Below are positions 26,812 through 37,191 of a stretch of 64,000 nucleotides of DNA, piece after piece. The translations under genes were made by a program, and so were the position numbers. The first letter of the stretch is position 1. The number at the start of each line of letters is the position of its first letter. Under the pieces are notes generated by a model. That model saw nothing but the letters and a program-made list of their open reading frames with translations. It made no database searches and was not told the origin of the DNA. This DNA is from a virus (taxonomy: Duplodnaviria; Heunggongvirae; Uroviricota; Caudoviricetes): positions 1 to 64,000 of the IMG/VR virus record IMGVR_UViG_2529292920_000018, one strand, 5' to 3'.

Positions 26812-27168
26812 TCAGCCTGCGATTTTTCCTGGTTTTGGCTGAGTATAGAATCGCCCAATCTCAAGAAATGAGCGTTGTTGGTCTGGTGTCATGTCGTCAA
26901 AAGTATCTATTAGTTTTTGTTTTTCTGGGGAAATTTGATTCTGGTTTCTAGTCATACCATCTGTGCTCATTCCAGTGAGCAACCAATTTACATCAACATT
27001 AAACTCTTGATGCATCTTTAACAGAAACTCCCCTCCAGGCATCGCCTTTCCATTTTCAATCTGACTGATACCACCATTAGAAATACCTAAACGAGCTGCA
27101 AATTCTCTCTGGTTCAACCCTGCTTTCTTCCTCACAGAAATAACGCGCTCTCCTATATCTTTGCTCAT
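26812..27168 (-). CDS. Phage repressor, XRE-family helix-turn-helix
   Basis: HTH motif LNQREFAARLGISNGGISQIENGK; divergent from the ner-like gene. Confidence 0.7.
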   Translation of the reverse strand: MSKDIGERVISVRKKAGLNQREFAARLGISNGGISQIENGKAMPGGEFLLKMHQEFNVDVNWLLTGMSTDGMTRNQNQISPEKQKLIDTFDDMTPDQQRSFLEIGRFYTQPKPGKIAG

Positions 27169-27191
27169 AAAAGTGAATCTCTATCTTGATA

Positions 27192-27209
27192 TGCTCATAA
27201 TTATGAGCA
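27192..27209. promoter_or_regulatory. Operator-like 18-bp perfect palindrome in the divergent repressor/ner promoter region
   Basis: tgctcataattatgagca is its own reverse complement; 24 bp from the repressor start, 53 bp from the ner start. Confidence 0.5.
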
Positions 27210-27261
27210 ATAATCTAACACATATAAGGCAAACATCATTGCATCAACAAAGGAGACAACG

Positions 27262-27450
27262 ATGACTGCAGAACAAGTCAAAGCTCTCTTCCGCCAGCGC
27301 GGGATCACTTTCACCCGCTGGGCAGAAGAAAACGGCTACAACCGCAATGAGGTATACCGCGTTCTCAACGGGCAGACCAAAGCCCGTTACGGTAAATCCC
27401 ATGAAATCGCCGTGAAGTTGGGACTGAAATCAACAGCTCAGGCGGCCTAA
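27262..27450 (+). CDS. ner: Ner-like DNA-binding protein
   Basis: 62 aa; first gene of the early operon; RBS AAGGAG. Confidence 0.7.
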   Translation: MTAEQVKALFRQRGITFTRWAEENGYNRNEVYRVLNGQTKARYGKSHEIAVKLGLKSTAQAA

Positions 27451-27496
27451 ATATTTTGAGTCTTTGTAAAAGGTTATCACATATCGCAAAAGAGGT

Positions 27497-27811
27497 ATGC
27501 AGATGAGTAAGACGAATGTTTCAAGCTCCGGCAGTCGCATCCTCCGGGTACTCAAAGCGCTGCGCGGTCATGCCCTGAACGGTATTTCTAACGGTGAACT
27601 GGCGACAGCACTGCACGAGTCACCGGCAAACATCAACCGGGCACTCAACACCCTCATTGAAGAAGGGCTGGCTCTGAAACTGGAGAACGGACGTTTTGCA
27701 CCGGGCATCCAGTTACTGCAGATCGCCATGGCCCACAGTAACGAGATGGCACGTGCACAGGATCGTATTAACGAAATTAACCAACGTGTCATTTCAGGTA
27801 GTCGTTTGTAA
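27497..27811 (+). CDS. Winged-helix DNA-binding protein
   Basis: 104 aa with wHTH-like region RILRVLKALRGHALNGISNGELATALHESPANINRALNTLIEEG. Confidence 0.4.
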   Translation: MQMSKTNVSSSGSRILRVLKALRGHALNGISNGELATALHESPANINRALNTLIEEGLALKLENGRFAPGIQLLQIAMAHSNEMARAQDRINEINQRVISGSRL

Positions 27812-27821
27812 GGAGTAATCA

Positions 27822-28742
27822 ATGGGACGTACCAAATCACCGATTAACACTGAACTGAACGCCGATGTACCGCTGTCGGATGATCTCAACGTCAGCCTGA
27901 ATGCCATGACACAGCATCGCATGGAGATCATGCAGCAGTTTGGTGATGGACTGCCTTATGAACGTGAACGCATCGTTCACGAAGCACGTTTTTATATGGC
28001 GCAGAGTGCTGAATCTATGTTGGAAGCGGGTAAGCGGCTGATCATCTTAAAAGAAAATGAACCGCATGGTGATTTCACAAATATTCTGGAAAACGACCTC
28101 GGATTAGCACCACAGGTAGCTCGTCGCATGATGCAGGCCAGCGTGAAATTTCTCGGCAATGGAGATGAACAGCCAAAACGCTCAGCGCTGAGCGTTTTGG
28201 GAAAAACCAAGTTATATGAACTGATGGTTCTGGATGACGAAGAACTCGACGCATTAGCTGATGGTGGAACCGTCGCCGGTGCAACGCTTGATGATATTGA
28301 TCGCATGACCAGCCGCGAACTGAAGGCCGCCCTGCGTGAAGCGCGCGAAACCAACGCAGCTCAGCAACAGGTGCTTGCCGGAAAGGACGAAAAAATCAAC
28401 GAACTGGCCACAAAACTGGAGAAGAAATCGCGCCTGCAACCTCCGCCGCCAGACGAAGAACTGAAAAAATTGCGGGCGGAAGTGACGGCATTAGCGGTTG
28501 AGGCCGAATCGGCTATCGCCGTCCGGCTGTCCAGTGTTTTTGAGACCCTGTGTGAATACTGCACCAAAAACATGATCGATACCCCCAGAGATTTCATGGC
28601 CGGTCTGGTCTGCCAGATTGAACGCAGTGTTCATGCATTACGTGAGACGTTTGACCTTGAGGCCGCTCCATCGGGTAACGATGCCCCCGCCTGGCTGACC
28701 GAACCGGAACCTGAAATCAACCGACCGGAGGATATGCAGTAA
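27822..28742 (+). CDS. Hypothetical early protein (possibly DUF3102-like)
   Basis: 306-aa helical, charged protein between ner and the transposase. Confidence 0.4.
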   Translation: MGRTKSPINTELNADVPLSDDLNVSLNAMTQHRMEIMQQFGDGLPYERERIVHEARFYMAQSAESMLEAGKRLIILKENEPHGDFTNILENDLGLAPQVARRMMQASVKFLGNGDEQPKRSALSVLGKTKLYELMVLDDEELDALADGGTVAGATLDDIDRMTSRELKAALREARETNAAQQQVLAGKDEKINELATKLEKKSRLQPPPPDEELKKLRAEVTALAVEAESAIAVRLSSVFETLCEYCTKNMIDTPRDFMAGLVCQIERSVHALRETFDLEAAPSGNDAPAWLTEPEPEINRPEDMQ

Positions 28743-29059
28743 TGAATACGAATAACACACAAAATACCCTGATGGACAGCCCGGAGGCACTGGGGCACGC
28801 ACTGTGTAATCTGCTGCCGGAGATGGTGCAGGGTTTCCGCGTGGTGACCCCTTCCGGTGAAATCTGCGTACCCGCACAGGAGACGCACCCGTTTGTACTG
28901 ACGATGGAGGTGATGCTGATGCAGCAGATAAGACGTCTGCAGAATCAGTCAGCATTACGCCCGGTAGTTGCACCGCAACCGGTAAATACCGTGGTGAAAA
29001 CCTGCGATGGCGAAACACTGTGCGACCTCGCCAGAAAAATTGCCGCCAGAATCGGATAA
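28742..29059 (+). CDS. Hypothetical protein
   Basis: 105-aa ORF translationally coupled to neighbours. Confidence 0.4.
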   Translation: MNTNNTQNTLMDSPEALGHALCNLLPEMVQGFRVVTPSGEICVPAQETHPFVLTMEVMLMQQIRRLQNQSALRPVVAPQPVNTVVKTCDGETLCDLARKIAARIG

Positions 29060-29074
29060 CAGGGAAGACAAGCT

Positions 29075-30844
29075 ATGACCCCGGCACTGACTGAAAAACT
29101 GGTTGAAACAGCCCGCGCGGCACGTGACGCGGGGCATGGTAAACGCGGTGCAATATACGACGCTGCCTGTGCTGAACTTGGCATGTCCCGCGCCACTCTG
29201 CTGCGCAGGCTGAAGGAGGTATCTGTGACTGATAAACGCAAAAAACGCGCCGATGCCGGGCGCAGCGCCCTGACCCGCGACGAAGCCGCGCTGATATCTG
29301 CCACACTGCGTGAGGCCACCCGCAAGAACGGTAAGCGTCTCTATTCCATCGCAGATGCAGTGGAAACCCTGCGGGCTAACGGCTTTATCACCGCAGGCAG
29401 AACAGATGAAACCACCGGTGAGTTTTTCCCGTTGTCTGAAGATGCCATCAGCCGTGCTCTGCGTAACTATGGCCTGCACCCGGAACAACTGGATGCCCCT
29501 GCACCACATACCGAAGTGGCCAGTCTGCATCCCAATCATGTCTGGCAGATTGACGCCTCACTCTGCACGCTTTACTACCTGAGCAATGGACATAAAGGGC
29601 TGCAGGTGATGGACAGCGCGAAGTTCTACAAGAACAAGCCCGCTAACCTTGCCCGTATCGCCAGTGACCGCGTGTGGAGTTACGAGATTACCGACCATGC
29701 CAGCGGCTGGATTTACGTTGAGTATGTGACGGGCGCGGAATCAGGTGAGAACCTGTGTTCTGTGCTTATCAACGCCATGCAGGAGCGTGGCGGCGCAGAC
29801 GTGCTGCACGGCGTGCCGAAAATACTCTATCTCGACCCCGGCTCGGCAAACACCGCGGGTATGACGAAAAACATGTGCCGCTCACTGGGCATCGACCTGA
29901 TAGCGCACAAGCCGCATAACGCCCGCGCCACCGGACAGGTGGAAAAGGCGCGTGACATTATCGAACGCAAGCTGGAGCCGGGTCTGAAGTTCCGGCCGGT
30001 TCACAGTCTGGAAGAACTCAACGCGCTGGCCGCGAAATGGCGCAGCCACTTTAACGCCACGGCTGTTCACAGCCGCCACGGTAAAACCCGCACGGATATC
30101 TGGCTGAAGATTACTGCTGAGCAGCTGAAAAAAGCGCCTTCCGTTAAGGTATGTCGTGAACTGGCTGTGGCGGCACCAGAACTCCGCAAAGTCACGCCAA
30201 AACTTCGTGTCTCGTTCCGGGGCACTGAATTTGACGTATCAACGGTACCGGGCGTACTGGTTGGTGAAAAACTGATGATTACCCGTAACCCATGGCGCAG
30301 CGATGTGGCACAGGTGGTTCTGACTGGTGAGGACGGCCACGAGACGTTCTTCCTGGTCGAAGAGGTCAGAAAGAACGAGTTTGGCTTTGCTGAAGGCGCG
30401 GCGGTATTTGGCGAAAGTTACAAAGCCCTGCCGGAAACCCCGGCACAGATGGCGGCAAAAGAAACCGAAGCGCTGGTTACCGGTACAGACAACGCCGCAG
30501 ATGCAGCCGCCGCACGCAAGGCGAAGGCGCTGCCGTTCGGCGGGCGGCTTGACCCGTATAAACATATCGACGACACCACACTTCCGGCCTATATGCCGAA
30601 GCGTGGTCAGGCCTCTGACGTACGCGGGCCGCGCACTGAACAACGTCCCATGACTCATGTGGAGGCCGCGAAAGCCCTGCGCGATAAGTTCAGCACCGAC
30701 GGCCTTACCTGGACGCCGGAACATTACCGCCAGTTAACGGCACAGTACCCGGACGGCGTACCGGAAGCCGCACTGGATGAAGTCATGGCCACGCTGACCA
30801 CACCGGCCCGCAGCAGTGTTATCAGCATTGTTAACGGCAACTGA
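29075..30844 (+). CDS. DDE transposase (transposable-phage A protein)
   Basis: 589 aa; candidate DDE residues at HVWQIDAS, YLDPGSANT and ATGQVEK; followed by a MuB-like ATPase. Confidence 0.75.
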   Translation: MTPALTEKLVETARAARDAGHGKRGAIYDAACAELGMSRATLLRRLKEVSVTDKRKKRADAGRSALTRDEAALISATLREATRKNGKRLYSIADAVETLRANGFITAGRTDETTGEFFPLSEDAISRALRNYGLHPEQLDAPAPHTEVASLHPNHVWQIDASLCTLYYLSNGHKGLQVMDSAKFYKNKPANLARIASDRVWSYEITDHASGWIYVEYVTGAESGENLCSVLINAMQERGGADVLHGVPKILYLDPGSANTAGMTKNMCRSLGIDLIAHKPHNARATGQVEKARDIIERKLEPGLKFRPVHSLEELNALAAKWRSHFNATAVHSRHGKTRTDIWLKITAEQLKKAPSVKVCRELAVAAPELRKVTPKLRVSFRGTEFDVSTVPGVLVGEKLMITRNPWRSDVAQVVLTGEDGHETFFLVEEVRKNEFGFAEGAAVFGESYKALPETPAQMAAKETEALVTGTDNAADAAAARKAKALPFGGRLDPYKHIDDTTLPAYMPKRGQASDVRGPRTEQRPMTHVEAAKALRDKFSTDGLTWTPEHYRQLTAQYPDGVPEAALDEVMATLTTPARSSVISIVNGN

Positions 30845-30854
30845 GGAGGGAAAC

Positions 30855-32021
30855 ATGCTGGTACTGAAGCAGCAACTGAAAGAGGCCCGTATTCCACAGG
30901 CGGTGGTGGCGAGAGCTGTCGATGTTTCTGAGGCCACGCTGGCCCAGATTGTGAATCATAACGCGTGGCCCCGCACCAGCCCCGGAGAAGTGCGCCGGCG
31001 TCTTGCGTCCTGGCTGGAAAGTCAGGGGATTGATACAACGAAGAGTTTTGATGCTGTACAGGGCGCGGCCACGCCCCGTACAGCGGGTACCACAGATAAA
31101 ACGAGCCTCAGTGAGGAAGAGAATATGTTACTCAAAAAACAGGTGTTATTTCCAGCAACCAAAAAAGCGTTTGGTCTTTTCCGTGACCCGTTCGCCGACG
31201 AAGCCATGCAGGGTTCTGATGATGTGTTCACCACCCCGGATATTCGCTACGTGCGTGAGGCGTTGTACCAGACAGCCCGTCATGGTGGGTTTATGGCCGT
31301 CATCGGTGAGTCCGGTGCGGGTAAATCCACGCTGCGCCGCGACCTGACTGAACGTATCAACCGCGAGAATGCGCCGGTAATTGTTATCGAGCCATACATC
31401 ATCGCTATGGAAGACAACGATGTGAAAGGGAAAACCCTGAAGGCAGCAGCGATTGCCGAAGCCATTATCAGTACCATCGCACCACTGGAAAGCATCAGAC
31501 GCAGTCAGGACGCCCGCTTTCGCCAGTTGCATCGCGTCCTGAAAGACAGCAGCCAGGCGGGGTTCAGCCACGTTCTGGTGATTGAGGAGGCCCACAGTCT
31601 GCCCATTCCGACACTGAAACACCTCAAACGCTTTTTTGAGCTGGAGTCCGGTTTCAAAAAACTGCTGTCCATCGTGCTGATTGGCCAGCCGGAACTGGCG
31701 ACAAAACTGTCTGAACGCAATATGGAAGTCCGTGAAGTCGTTCAGCGCTGTGAGGTGGTCGAACTTCTGCCTCTGGACAATAACCTTGAAGAGTTTCTGA
31801 CGTTCAAACTGCAACGGGCCGGTAAACAACTGACGGACATTATGGACGCCAGCGCAGTGGATGCCATACGTGCCCGCCTGAGCAATCCGGGAAGTCATCG
31901 TAAAAATATGGTCAGCCTGCTGTATCCGCTGGCCGTCAGTAACCTGGTAATAGCCGCCATGAATCTGGCCGCTGAAATCGGGGTTCCACAGGTCAACGCT
32001 GACGTTGTCAAAGGGGTTTAA
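30855..32021 (+). CDS. Transposition ATPase (MuB-like, AAA+)
   Basis: Walker A GESGAGKST; start at MLVLKQQ with GGAGGG upstream. Confidence 0.75.
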   Translation: MLVLKQQLKEARIPQAVVARAVDVSEATLAQIVNHNAWPRTSPGEVRRRLASWLESQGIDTTKSFDAVQGAATPRTAGTTDKTSLSEEENMLLKKQVLFPATKKAFGLFRDPFADEAMQGSDDVFTTPDIRYVREALYQTARHGGFMAVIGESGAGKSTLRRDLTERINRENAPVIVIEPYIIAMEDNDVKGKTLKAAAIAEAIISTIAPLESIRRSQDARFRQLHRVLKDSSQAGFSHVLVIEEAHSLPIPTLKHLKRFFELESGFKKLLSIVLIGQPELATKLSERNMEVREVVQRCEVVELLPLDNNLEEFLTFKLQRAGKQLTDIMDASAVDAIRARLSNPGSHRKNMVSLLYPLAVSNLVIAAMNLAAEIGVPQVNADVVKGV

Positions 32022-32023
32022 TA

Positions 32024-32293
32024 ATGAAATCCACCACAGGTATCAACCAGCAAATCAGCAAAGTGCAGTCAGCCATTATGGCGCTTAAGGCGACGAACAC
32101 GGATGTACAAAGCATCACCATCAGGGGTAACAAACCTGTCATCCGCGTTTCCCGGAGTGCGCATTGCATGCGCATGCTTGAGCAGGGAAAGGCCTGTTAT
32201 CTGTATACCGGTCATGACCACAGGGGACATTTCCGTCAGGGCGTTTTCGAACTGCACGGCTGTCGCGTCGTGTGGCCGGAATCTTTGTGGTAA
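32024..32293 (+). CDS. Hypothetical protein
   Basis: 89-aa ORF in the early accessory region. Confidence 0.4.
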   Translation: MKSTTGINQQISKVQSAIMALKATNTDVQSITIRGNKPVIRVSRSAHCMRMLEQGKACYLYTGHDHRGHFRQGVFELHGCRVVWPESLW

Positions 32294-32320
32294 TCAGCAC
32301 AACAGGAGGAGTCATAAAAT

Positions 32321-32851
32321 ATGGCAAAAAGTACAAAAGGGGCAAAACGTATCAAAGCCGCAGCAGCACTCTGGGTGCCGGGGACACGCGAAGAGGTCAT
32401 TGAGGGAATCAGACTGCTTGGTGACGCGCAACGTGAACTGGTCAGGGCTGAAACAGAAATGAATGACACCATTGGCGACATCACTGCACGTTATGCCCCG
32501 CTCACCGAGAGCCTGAAAAAACGCATGGCCGAACTGCAGTCCGGTATCCAGACATGGTGTGAGGCGCACCGTGATGAACTGACCGGCAACGGGAAGGTGA
32601 AGTTCGCTAACCTCACCACCGGCGAGGTGCAGTGGCGAAACCGTCCGCCGTCAGTCAGCATTCGCGGGGCGGATAATGTCATTGAACTGCTGAGACGTCT
32701 GGGGCTTGAGCGCTTTATTCGTGTAAAGGAGGAAATAAATAAAGATGCCATTCTGAATGAAAAAGAGGCTGTGAAAAATATTCCCGGTATTACCATAAAA
32801 AGTGATATTGAGGATTTTTCAATAATTCCTTTTGAGCAGGATGTGCAGTAA
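32321..32851 (+). CDS. gam: Host-nuclease inhibitor Gam-like protein
   Basis: 176 aa; Mu Gam-like size and position after the B-like gene. Confidence 0.55.
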   Translation: MAKSTKGAKRIKAAAALWVPGTREEVIEGIRLLGDAQRELVRAETEMNDTIGDITARYAPLTESLKKRMAELQSGIQTWCEAHRDELTGNGKVKFANLTTGEVQWRNRPPSVSIRGADNVIELLRRLGLERFIRVKEEINKDAILNEKEAVKNIPGITIKSDIEDFSIIPFEQDVQ

Positions 32852-32948
32852 ACACACCACGTTAATTATTTAATAAAAACATTTTCTTTTTTATTCCGGC
32901 GTCAGCGCCGCGGGCTTCTGCACGCCGGAAACAGAGGAGAATTAAATT

Positions 32949-33143
32949 ATGATATTTAAATGTATTCAGTGCGAGAGGGATATAACAGCCCTGCGTTTTC
33001 ACAGCGCCATCGCCGTGATGTCCGGTAAGTATCACATACCTGCAGTACGTGTCACCCTGGTCTGCCCGTACTGCAGCCAGCATTTTTCGGCGGACGTGCC
33101 CGTCATGGAATTCTCCCGCCCTGACAGGGAGGACGCGCAATGA
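32949..33143 (+). CDS. Small zinc-ribbon protein
   Basis: 64 aa with two CxxC pairs (CIQC, CPYC). Confidence 0.4.
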   Translation: MIFKCIQCERDITALRFHSAIAVMSGKYHIPAVRVTLVCPYCSQHFSADVPVMEFSRPDREDAQ

Positions 33144-33412
33144 TTACCCCACAGGAAGCACGACAGCGCACCCGAACTCTTGTTGAACACTATGTCAACG
33201 AGTGTGAATGCCGCGACCTCACCGATGTGAAGCACGTCCTGACGGCGCTAATCAGCATGGTCACACAGGCCATTGTGGCGACCAACGGAAAGGAGGCTGC
33301 CCTGCAGGTACTGATGAACACACTCACCCACACGGCAGAGCATGAGGTGCCGTACCGGATGGAAACCACTGCAGAAGGCGGCCTGCACATCACCGTCAGC
33401 CGGAAGCACTGA
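33140..33412 (+). CDS. Hypothetical protein
   Basis: 90-aa ORF translationally coupled to neighbours. Confidence 0.4.
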   Translation: MITPQEARQRTRTLVEHYVNECECRDLTDVKHVLTALISMVTQAIVATNGKEAALQVLMNTLTHTAEHEVPYRMETTAEGGLHITVSRKH

Positions 33413-33421
33413 GGGCGCGGC

Positions 33422-33718
33422 ATGACACGAAACACCGAACTCACCCGCACCGCCCTCTACCGTCTGGCCCTGCAGCGTTTCGGGCCGGACGCACAGGCCC
33501 TGAAACTGGCAGAAGAGGCCGCTGAACTGGCGGCCAGTGCCGCCCGCAACCTGAACGGACAGGGCAGCGAAAGTGACCTCGCGGCAGAGCTGGCAGACGT
33601 GGAAATCATGACAGAGCAACTGCGCCTTCAGGGGATGGACCGGCTGATTGACTTCCACAAACAGAAAAAACTGGAACGTCTGGCTGCACGACTGGGCGTG
33701 ATTTACACGAACGAGTAA
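33422..33718 (+). CDS. MazG-like nucleotide pyrophosphohydrolase (small, tentative)
   Basis: 98 aa, acidic helical EAAELAA...ELADVEIMTEQL pattern. Confidence 0.4.
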   Translation: MTRNTELTRTALYRLALQRFGPDAQALKLAEEAAELAASAARNLNGQGSESDLAAELADVEIMTEQLRLQGMDRLIDFHKQKKLERLAARLGVIYTNE

Positions 33719-33732
33719 CCGGGAGGCATTCA

Positions 33733-33948
33733 ATGGCTGACATACTCAGGGAAATCACCGCATGGACACTGATTCTTACTGGCCTGGCGACATGCCTCAG
33801 TGCGGGGGCAGCCCTGGCTGCCCTGCTGATGCACATAACAACACAGTGGTTATGGGAAAAGCTTAAAGCAGCATACAGCCTGAAAGAGCTGTCCGACGCT
33901 GTCCGGGCATGGAAACGGCAGAAAAATACCGGAGATACAGAACAATGA
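33733..33948 (+). CDS. Small membrane protein
   Basis: 71 aa with one hydrophobic helix. Confidence 0.35.
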   Translation: MADILREITAWTLILTGLATCLSAGAALAALLMHITTQWLWEKLKAAYSLKELSDAVRAWKRQKNTGDTEQ

Positions 33949-34628
33949 CAGACCAGAATAAACACATTGAGAAACTGAAAAAGTTGCTGGCGCTGGCCGC
34001 ATCCGGCAACCCGCACGAGGCCGCTCTGGCACTGCGCCGAGCCCGTAAACTGATGGATGTTCACGGCATCACACATTCCGACATTGCTATGAGTGATATT
34101 GATGAAACCATCAGTCACTACTGGCCGACAGGCAGTCTCCGTCCACCGCGCTACATGCTGGGCCTGATGAACATCATCCGCGAGGTATTTGGTGTTAACT
34201 CCATCATTCACCCCGGCACGCATCCGTCTGTGGGGTTCTACGGCAACCGGGAACGTGCGGCACTGGCTGCATACACCTGGGAAGTGCTGGCCCGTCAGCT
34301 GAAAAAGGCGCGTCAGCAGTATATCAGTGCACAGAACAAAAGAATAAAAACCGCCACCCGCACCAGCCGTGGAGACCAGTTTGCCGAAGGCTGGGTGCTG
34401 GCCGTTATCAGTGAAATACAGTCCTTTGCCCTGACCGATGATGAGCGTGAACTGATGCAGCAGTGGCTGGAACATAAATACCCGCAGACGCAAACCACCA
34501 GGGCGCGTAAACCGGGAAGAAGCCGCAATGGCGACGCCTCGCGCTATGCGGGGTTTCGTGAAGGGCAGAACGTCAGACTGCACCGCCCGGTCAGTGGGCA
34601 GGAACAACAGAAACTGGAGGCCAGATGA
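33945..34628 (+). CDS. DUF2786-like protein
   Basis: N-terminal KLLALAASGNPHEAALALRRARKLM motif; start at MTDQNKH. Confidence 0.45.
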   Translation: MTDQNKHIEKLKKLLALAASGNPHEAALALRRARKLMDVHGITHSDIAMSDIDETISHYWPTGSLRPPRYMLGLMNIIREVFGVNSIIHPGTHPSVGFYGNRERAALAAYTWEVLARQLKKARQQYISAQNKRIKTATRTSRGDQFAEGWVLAVISEIQSFALTDDERELMQQWLEHKYPQTQTTRARKPGRSRNGDASRYAGFREGQNVRLHRPVSGQEQQKLEAR

Positions 34629-34855
34629 TTACGCTATCAGGTAAAAGCCGGAAATTAAAAGCCTGCCGAATATCTGCCAGATACCTTTTTGCCCGCGCCT
34701 TTTTTAAGAACGTCAGGCCGGGGATCACAATTGGTGTTATTGCCGGACGCGAACAGGTTGAAAAATACATGTCAGGTGCATGGTGGAATAACGACCCTGT
34801 CATTGCTGCCCGTAATATTCATATCGAATGGGGAGGTATTCAGAATGACTACTGA
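34625..34855 (+). CDS. Hypothetical protein
   Basis: 76-aa ORF. Confidence 0.35.
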   Translation: MITLSGKSRKLKACRISARYLFARAFFKNVRPGITIGVIAGREQVEKYMSGAWWNNDPVIAARNIHIEWGGIQNDY

Positions 34856-35051
34856 AACCATTGTCTGTTTTCTTTTCTGGTATATGTACGCAGGATCATG
34901 CAGCGCAAGACTTCATCGTTCCCTGGGCTATGGCAGGCACTACGACACCGCGCATTACATCCTGTACATGACCGCCGTCATGTTGTTCTGGCCAGTCACC
35001 CTGCCAGCTGCAACCGACATTGTTGCCGACAGACTGAAAAAAAGGAGATGA
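34845..35051 (+). CDS. Small membrane protein
   Basis: 68 aa, two hydrophobic helices; GGGAGG 8 nt upstream of ATG. Confidence 0.35.
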   Translation: MTTETIVCFLFWYMYAGSCSARLHRSLGYGRHYDTAHYILYMTAVMLFWPVTLPAATDIVADRLKKRR

Positions 35052-35052
35052 T

Positions 35053-35502
35053 ATGCAGAAAAAACGCCTGATACAGCTTATCCATATTGCCCGTAATGAA
35101 CTGGGTATGGATGAAGACACCTACCGCCAGATGTTACAGGGGCTGACCGGTAAAGCCTCAACCAAAGGAATGGATACCACACAACTAAACTGCGTGCTGG
35201 AATCCATGAAAAAGAAAGGCTTTCGCGTTAAACCAGCCAGAAAAGCCAGCTCCGGTTTACCGCTGGATAACCATCCGCAGTCCAGGAAAATTCGTGCGCT
35301 ATGGCTTGAAATGGCTGCTGCCGGCATTGTTCGTGACCGTTCAGAAAATGCATTAGCGAGGTGGATCAAGCGGGAAACGGGCATCAGCGCCCTGCGCTGG
35401 CTCAGTACTGAACAGGCAAGCAGTGTTATTGAGAAACTGAAGAAGTGGCAGCGCAGAGCTGCGGGAGTCAAACATGAGCGACCTGAATCAGTTTCGAAGT
35501 AA
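35053..35502 (+). CDS. gemA: GemA-like protein (Mu gp16-like)
   Basis: 149 aa; immediately upstream of the Mor-like gene as in Mu. Confidence 0.6.
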   Translation: MQKKRLIQLIHIARNELGMDEDTYRQMLQGLTGKASTKGMDTTQLNCVLESMKKKGFRVKPARKASSGLPLDNHPQSRKIRALWLEMAAAGIVRDRSENALARWIKRETGISALRWLSTEQASSVIEKLKKWQRRAAGVKHERPESVSK

Positions 35503-35863
35503 GGGGCCGGAACTCCTGGTGGAACTGGCACAGCATACCTCTGAGACCGTTCGCGAGATTATTGATATTGAGCCCGAAGTTGCCGACCAGATTGGTCAGG
35601 CCGTCGCGAACCGAATGATGCAGGTCTGGGGCGGGCAAAACGTTTATTTCCCGATGGGCATGGTATGGAAGGTCAGTCAGCGCGACCGGGAAATCTTCAG
35701 GGAGTTTAACGGACGCAACCACCACGAACTGGCCCGCAAATTTGGTGTTTCGCTTCAGTGGGTCTACAGCGTGGTTAAGCGGGTAAGAAAAGAAGAACTG
35801 GATCGGATGCAGGGCAAGCTATTTGCTGATGAACCCGATGCAGATACGGAGAAAAAAGAGTAA
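35474..35863 (+). CDS. mor: Mor/C-family transcription activator
   Basis: 129 aa; C-terminal HTH region REIFREFNGRNHHELARKFGVSLQWVYSVVKRV. Confidence 0.7.
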   Translation: MSDLNQFRSKGPELLVELAQHTSETVREIIDIEPEVADQIGQAVANRMMQVWGGQNVYFPMGMVWKVSQRDREIFREFNGRNHHELARKFGVSLQWVYSVVKRVRKEELDRMQGKLFADEPDADTEKKE

Positions 35864-36697
<834 letters not shown>

Positions 36698-36698
<1 letters not shown>

Positions 36699-37177
36699 TA
36701 TCCCGCCCCCGTCATACCCGTGAATTTAGTCGCCATACTGCCAGCCTTACCGATGAGCGATTCCGCCTGTTTACCGATATCGCCATAAAGCGCGGCCAGT
36801 GATTCATCAACGCGGGTGAGCGACAGCGTAAAATCAATTTTCCGGGGTGTGCCATCTGCAAAGAAAATACTCCCTGTTTCACTCACCTTGCTGATGACAT
36901 ACATGCCGTAAATCATGCCGGTGCCATCCAGCAACGGCCACGCCCGCCCCTCCTCTGCCATCAGCCTGAGCGTGGTCATCGTCAGCTTGCCGCCGGTCAG
37001 TTCGGGATAAAGCACACCGGCAAGCGTGATGTTTTCCTCACCCACACCGAGAAACTGAAAAGCGTCCCGTTTACCGATACGGGAATTTGACGGCCAGCGA
37101 TAATCTGATTCACGCTGCATGGTCTGGTGTGGCAGCGTCTGGCGCATAAAAACAAACATACCTAACGCGAGCATCAT
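36698..37177 (-). CDS. U: Tail protein gpU-like
   Basis: 159 aa; P2 order between T and D. Confidence 0.75.
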
Positions 37178-37191
37178 TTTTCGTCACCTCC

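Noticed and set aside
29075-32021. Transposase plus ATPase pair as an independent IS element (IS21-like)
   Set aside because: They sit inside a complete Mu-type early operon (repressor, ner, gam, gemA, mor) with no flanking terminal inverted repeats, so they are the phage A/B transposition genes
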